From: Eledone cirrhosa
Lineage: Eukaryota
NCBI GenBank assembly: GCA_964016885.1
Contig: OZ024743.1
Span: 286,192,001 to 286,256,000 of the forward strand
Reading direction: 5' to 3'
Length of the DNA stretch: 64,000 nt
How positions within the stretch are numbered: the stretch's first letter is position 1; each line of letters begins with the position of its first letter. The position numbers and the translations under genes were made by a program. The notes below the pieces were generated by a model. The model was not told where the DNA came from. It was given only the letters and a program-made list of their open reading frames with translations, and made no database searches. Of the stretch, positions 62,801-64,000 are shown piece after piece.

Positions 62801-64000
62801 GCCTATCTAAGTCAAGCACACAGATCACGAATTTGTGGTCCGTGTAGCTGACTATCTTGAATTGTGGACAGCCTATGCTAGACCTATCTATTTCCCTACA
62901 AAATACTCTATCTAGATATGATCTGGATGACCCAATGCGGTTTGTCCAAGTCCACATTGGCACATTCGGGAAATCCAATCGGTACCTGTCAGACAGTTCA
63001 AAACGCCTGAGCAGGTTGGTGAGGCTCTTGCACCCTCCACCCCTATCCGCTAATCCCACACAGTCCCAGCGTGCATCTAAGATCCCGTTCCAGTCGCCCA
63101 CTAACACTAAAGAGCGGGACGTTCCAAGAAAGGTCTCCAGACGCCGGAAGAAATCAGGCCACCCTGCTCCTGTCGGGGCATAGACGGCCACTAGCCTGAA
63201 AGCTTGCCCGTCTCCGCTGGTCACGTCCAGCACCACCAGCTTACCCTCTGGGTCCAGGAAGATGGCCCGTATGGCGAGATCCAAACCTCTCCGAAAAAGC
63301 ACAGCAACTCCTCCACCCGATCCAGGACGGCTGGGAGATGCGTACACATCGTAGCCGCCGAAGATCGGTGCGAAGGCCCGTGCTTCGGAGATTCTGGTCT
63401 CGCTGATGGCCACTACATCTATGTTTAGTGACCTGAGGTCGTTGAGCAGGTGACCCTGCTTCCATGACGACCCCAAGCCACGCGCATTTATGCTGCCTAT
63501 TCTGAGTGAGGTCATGTTTAAAATAGAGTGGAAAAGATGGGAAAGACCACTTACCGTACTTTTGGTAGAGGAGGGATGGTTTTTACATCCCTTTTCACTT
63601 GATCGTCTGGTGAAGGGACCGTTGAATCGTGCACTCCTGGTTGGTTTGGATTAGCATCTCAATGGAGGAGCCGACCCAATCTTCTCTTACTTTTTTCTGT
63701 ACTTGCAGTACAGTTGTTTTGTCCTCGATTCCGACGAGGACAGACGCGGCCAGCCAAGAAGGGGTCATTCCGGGGGGGGGGCGTGGGTCAGTTTGACCCT
63801 CACAATTTTTTGCCCGCAGTAGGAGGGCACCAACACCATTTCCTCGCTCCTTAGGGTCACTACTGATTGGGCCTTTGCCTCCTGGGGTGTGGCAAAAAGT
63901 ACGTCTACGGTGGCGTATTTTTTGCCTCGGGTGATGTGCGTTTTCCTCTGCCACACAGACCCCAAGGCTTTTTGTATTTGGGCCTCTGTGGCTCTTTCCA
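59784..64000 (-). mobile_element. Tx1-like LINE (subfamily A) running off the window, with an ORF2 frameshift at ~62547 and an ORF1 deletion at ~63630
   Basis: (AAT)16 tail. ORF2 is split into 62196-63515 and 60097-62541. The junction GAATCGT|GCACTCC removes about 1 kb of ORF1 relative to copy 1. Confidence 0.92.

Overview
This is a eukaryotic, gene-free, repeat-saturated window. It is probably from a cephalopod such as an octopus, inferred from the Nin/Deu-domain tRNA SINEs, the LINE mix and the microsatellite load. No host gene was found. Main contents: (i) seven minus-strand Tx1-like (L1-clade, APE-RT) retrotransposon copies or fragments from three subfamilies, including a three-copy head-to-tail array at 14.8-32.6 kb, each ending in or inserted at (AAT)n; (ii) three R4/Dong-like RT-RLE elements, two with (AAT)n tails and one embedded in (TATG)n; (iii) Penelope-like element (PLE) remnants with GIY-YIG endonuclease fragments, plus at least eight hammerhead-ribozyme-like motifs, mostly in or next to (TA)n; (iv) CR1, RTE and CRE remnants, many SINEs, hAT, Tc1/mariner and pogo MITEs, and long microsatellites. 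Three signals stand out. First, microsatellite targets appear partitioned among retroelements: Dong tails seem to seed (AAT)n sites that Tx1 and a SINE with a Tx1-like 3' end then use in the opposite orientation. Second, there are hammerheads with long branched stem II, a putative pseudoknot, or a recurrent U3-A8 core variant. Third, an R4-like element may target (TATG)n. All calls come from reading the sequence by eye; no searches or folding programs were run, and some element boundaries are approximate.
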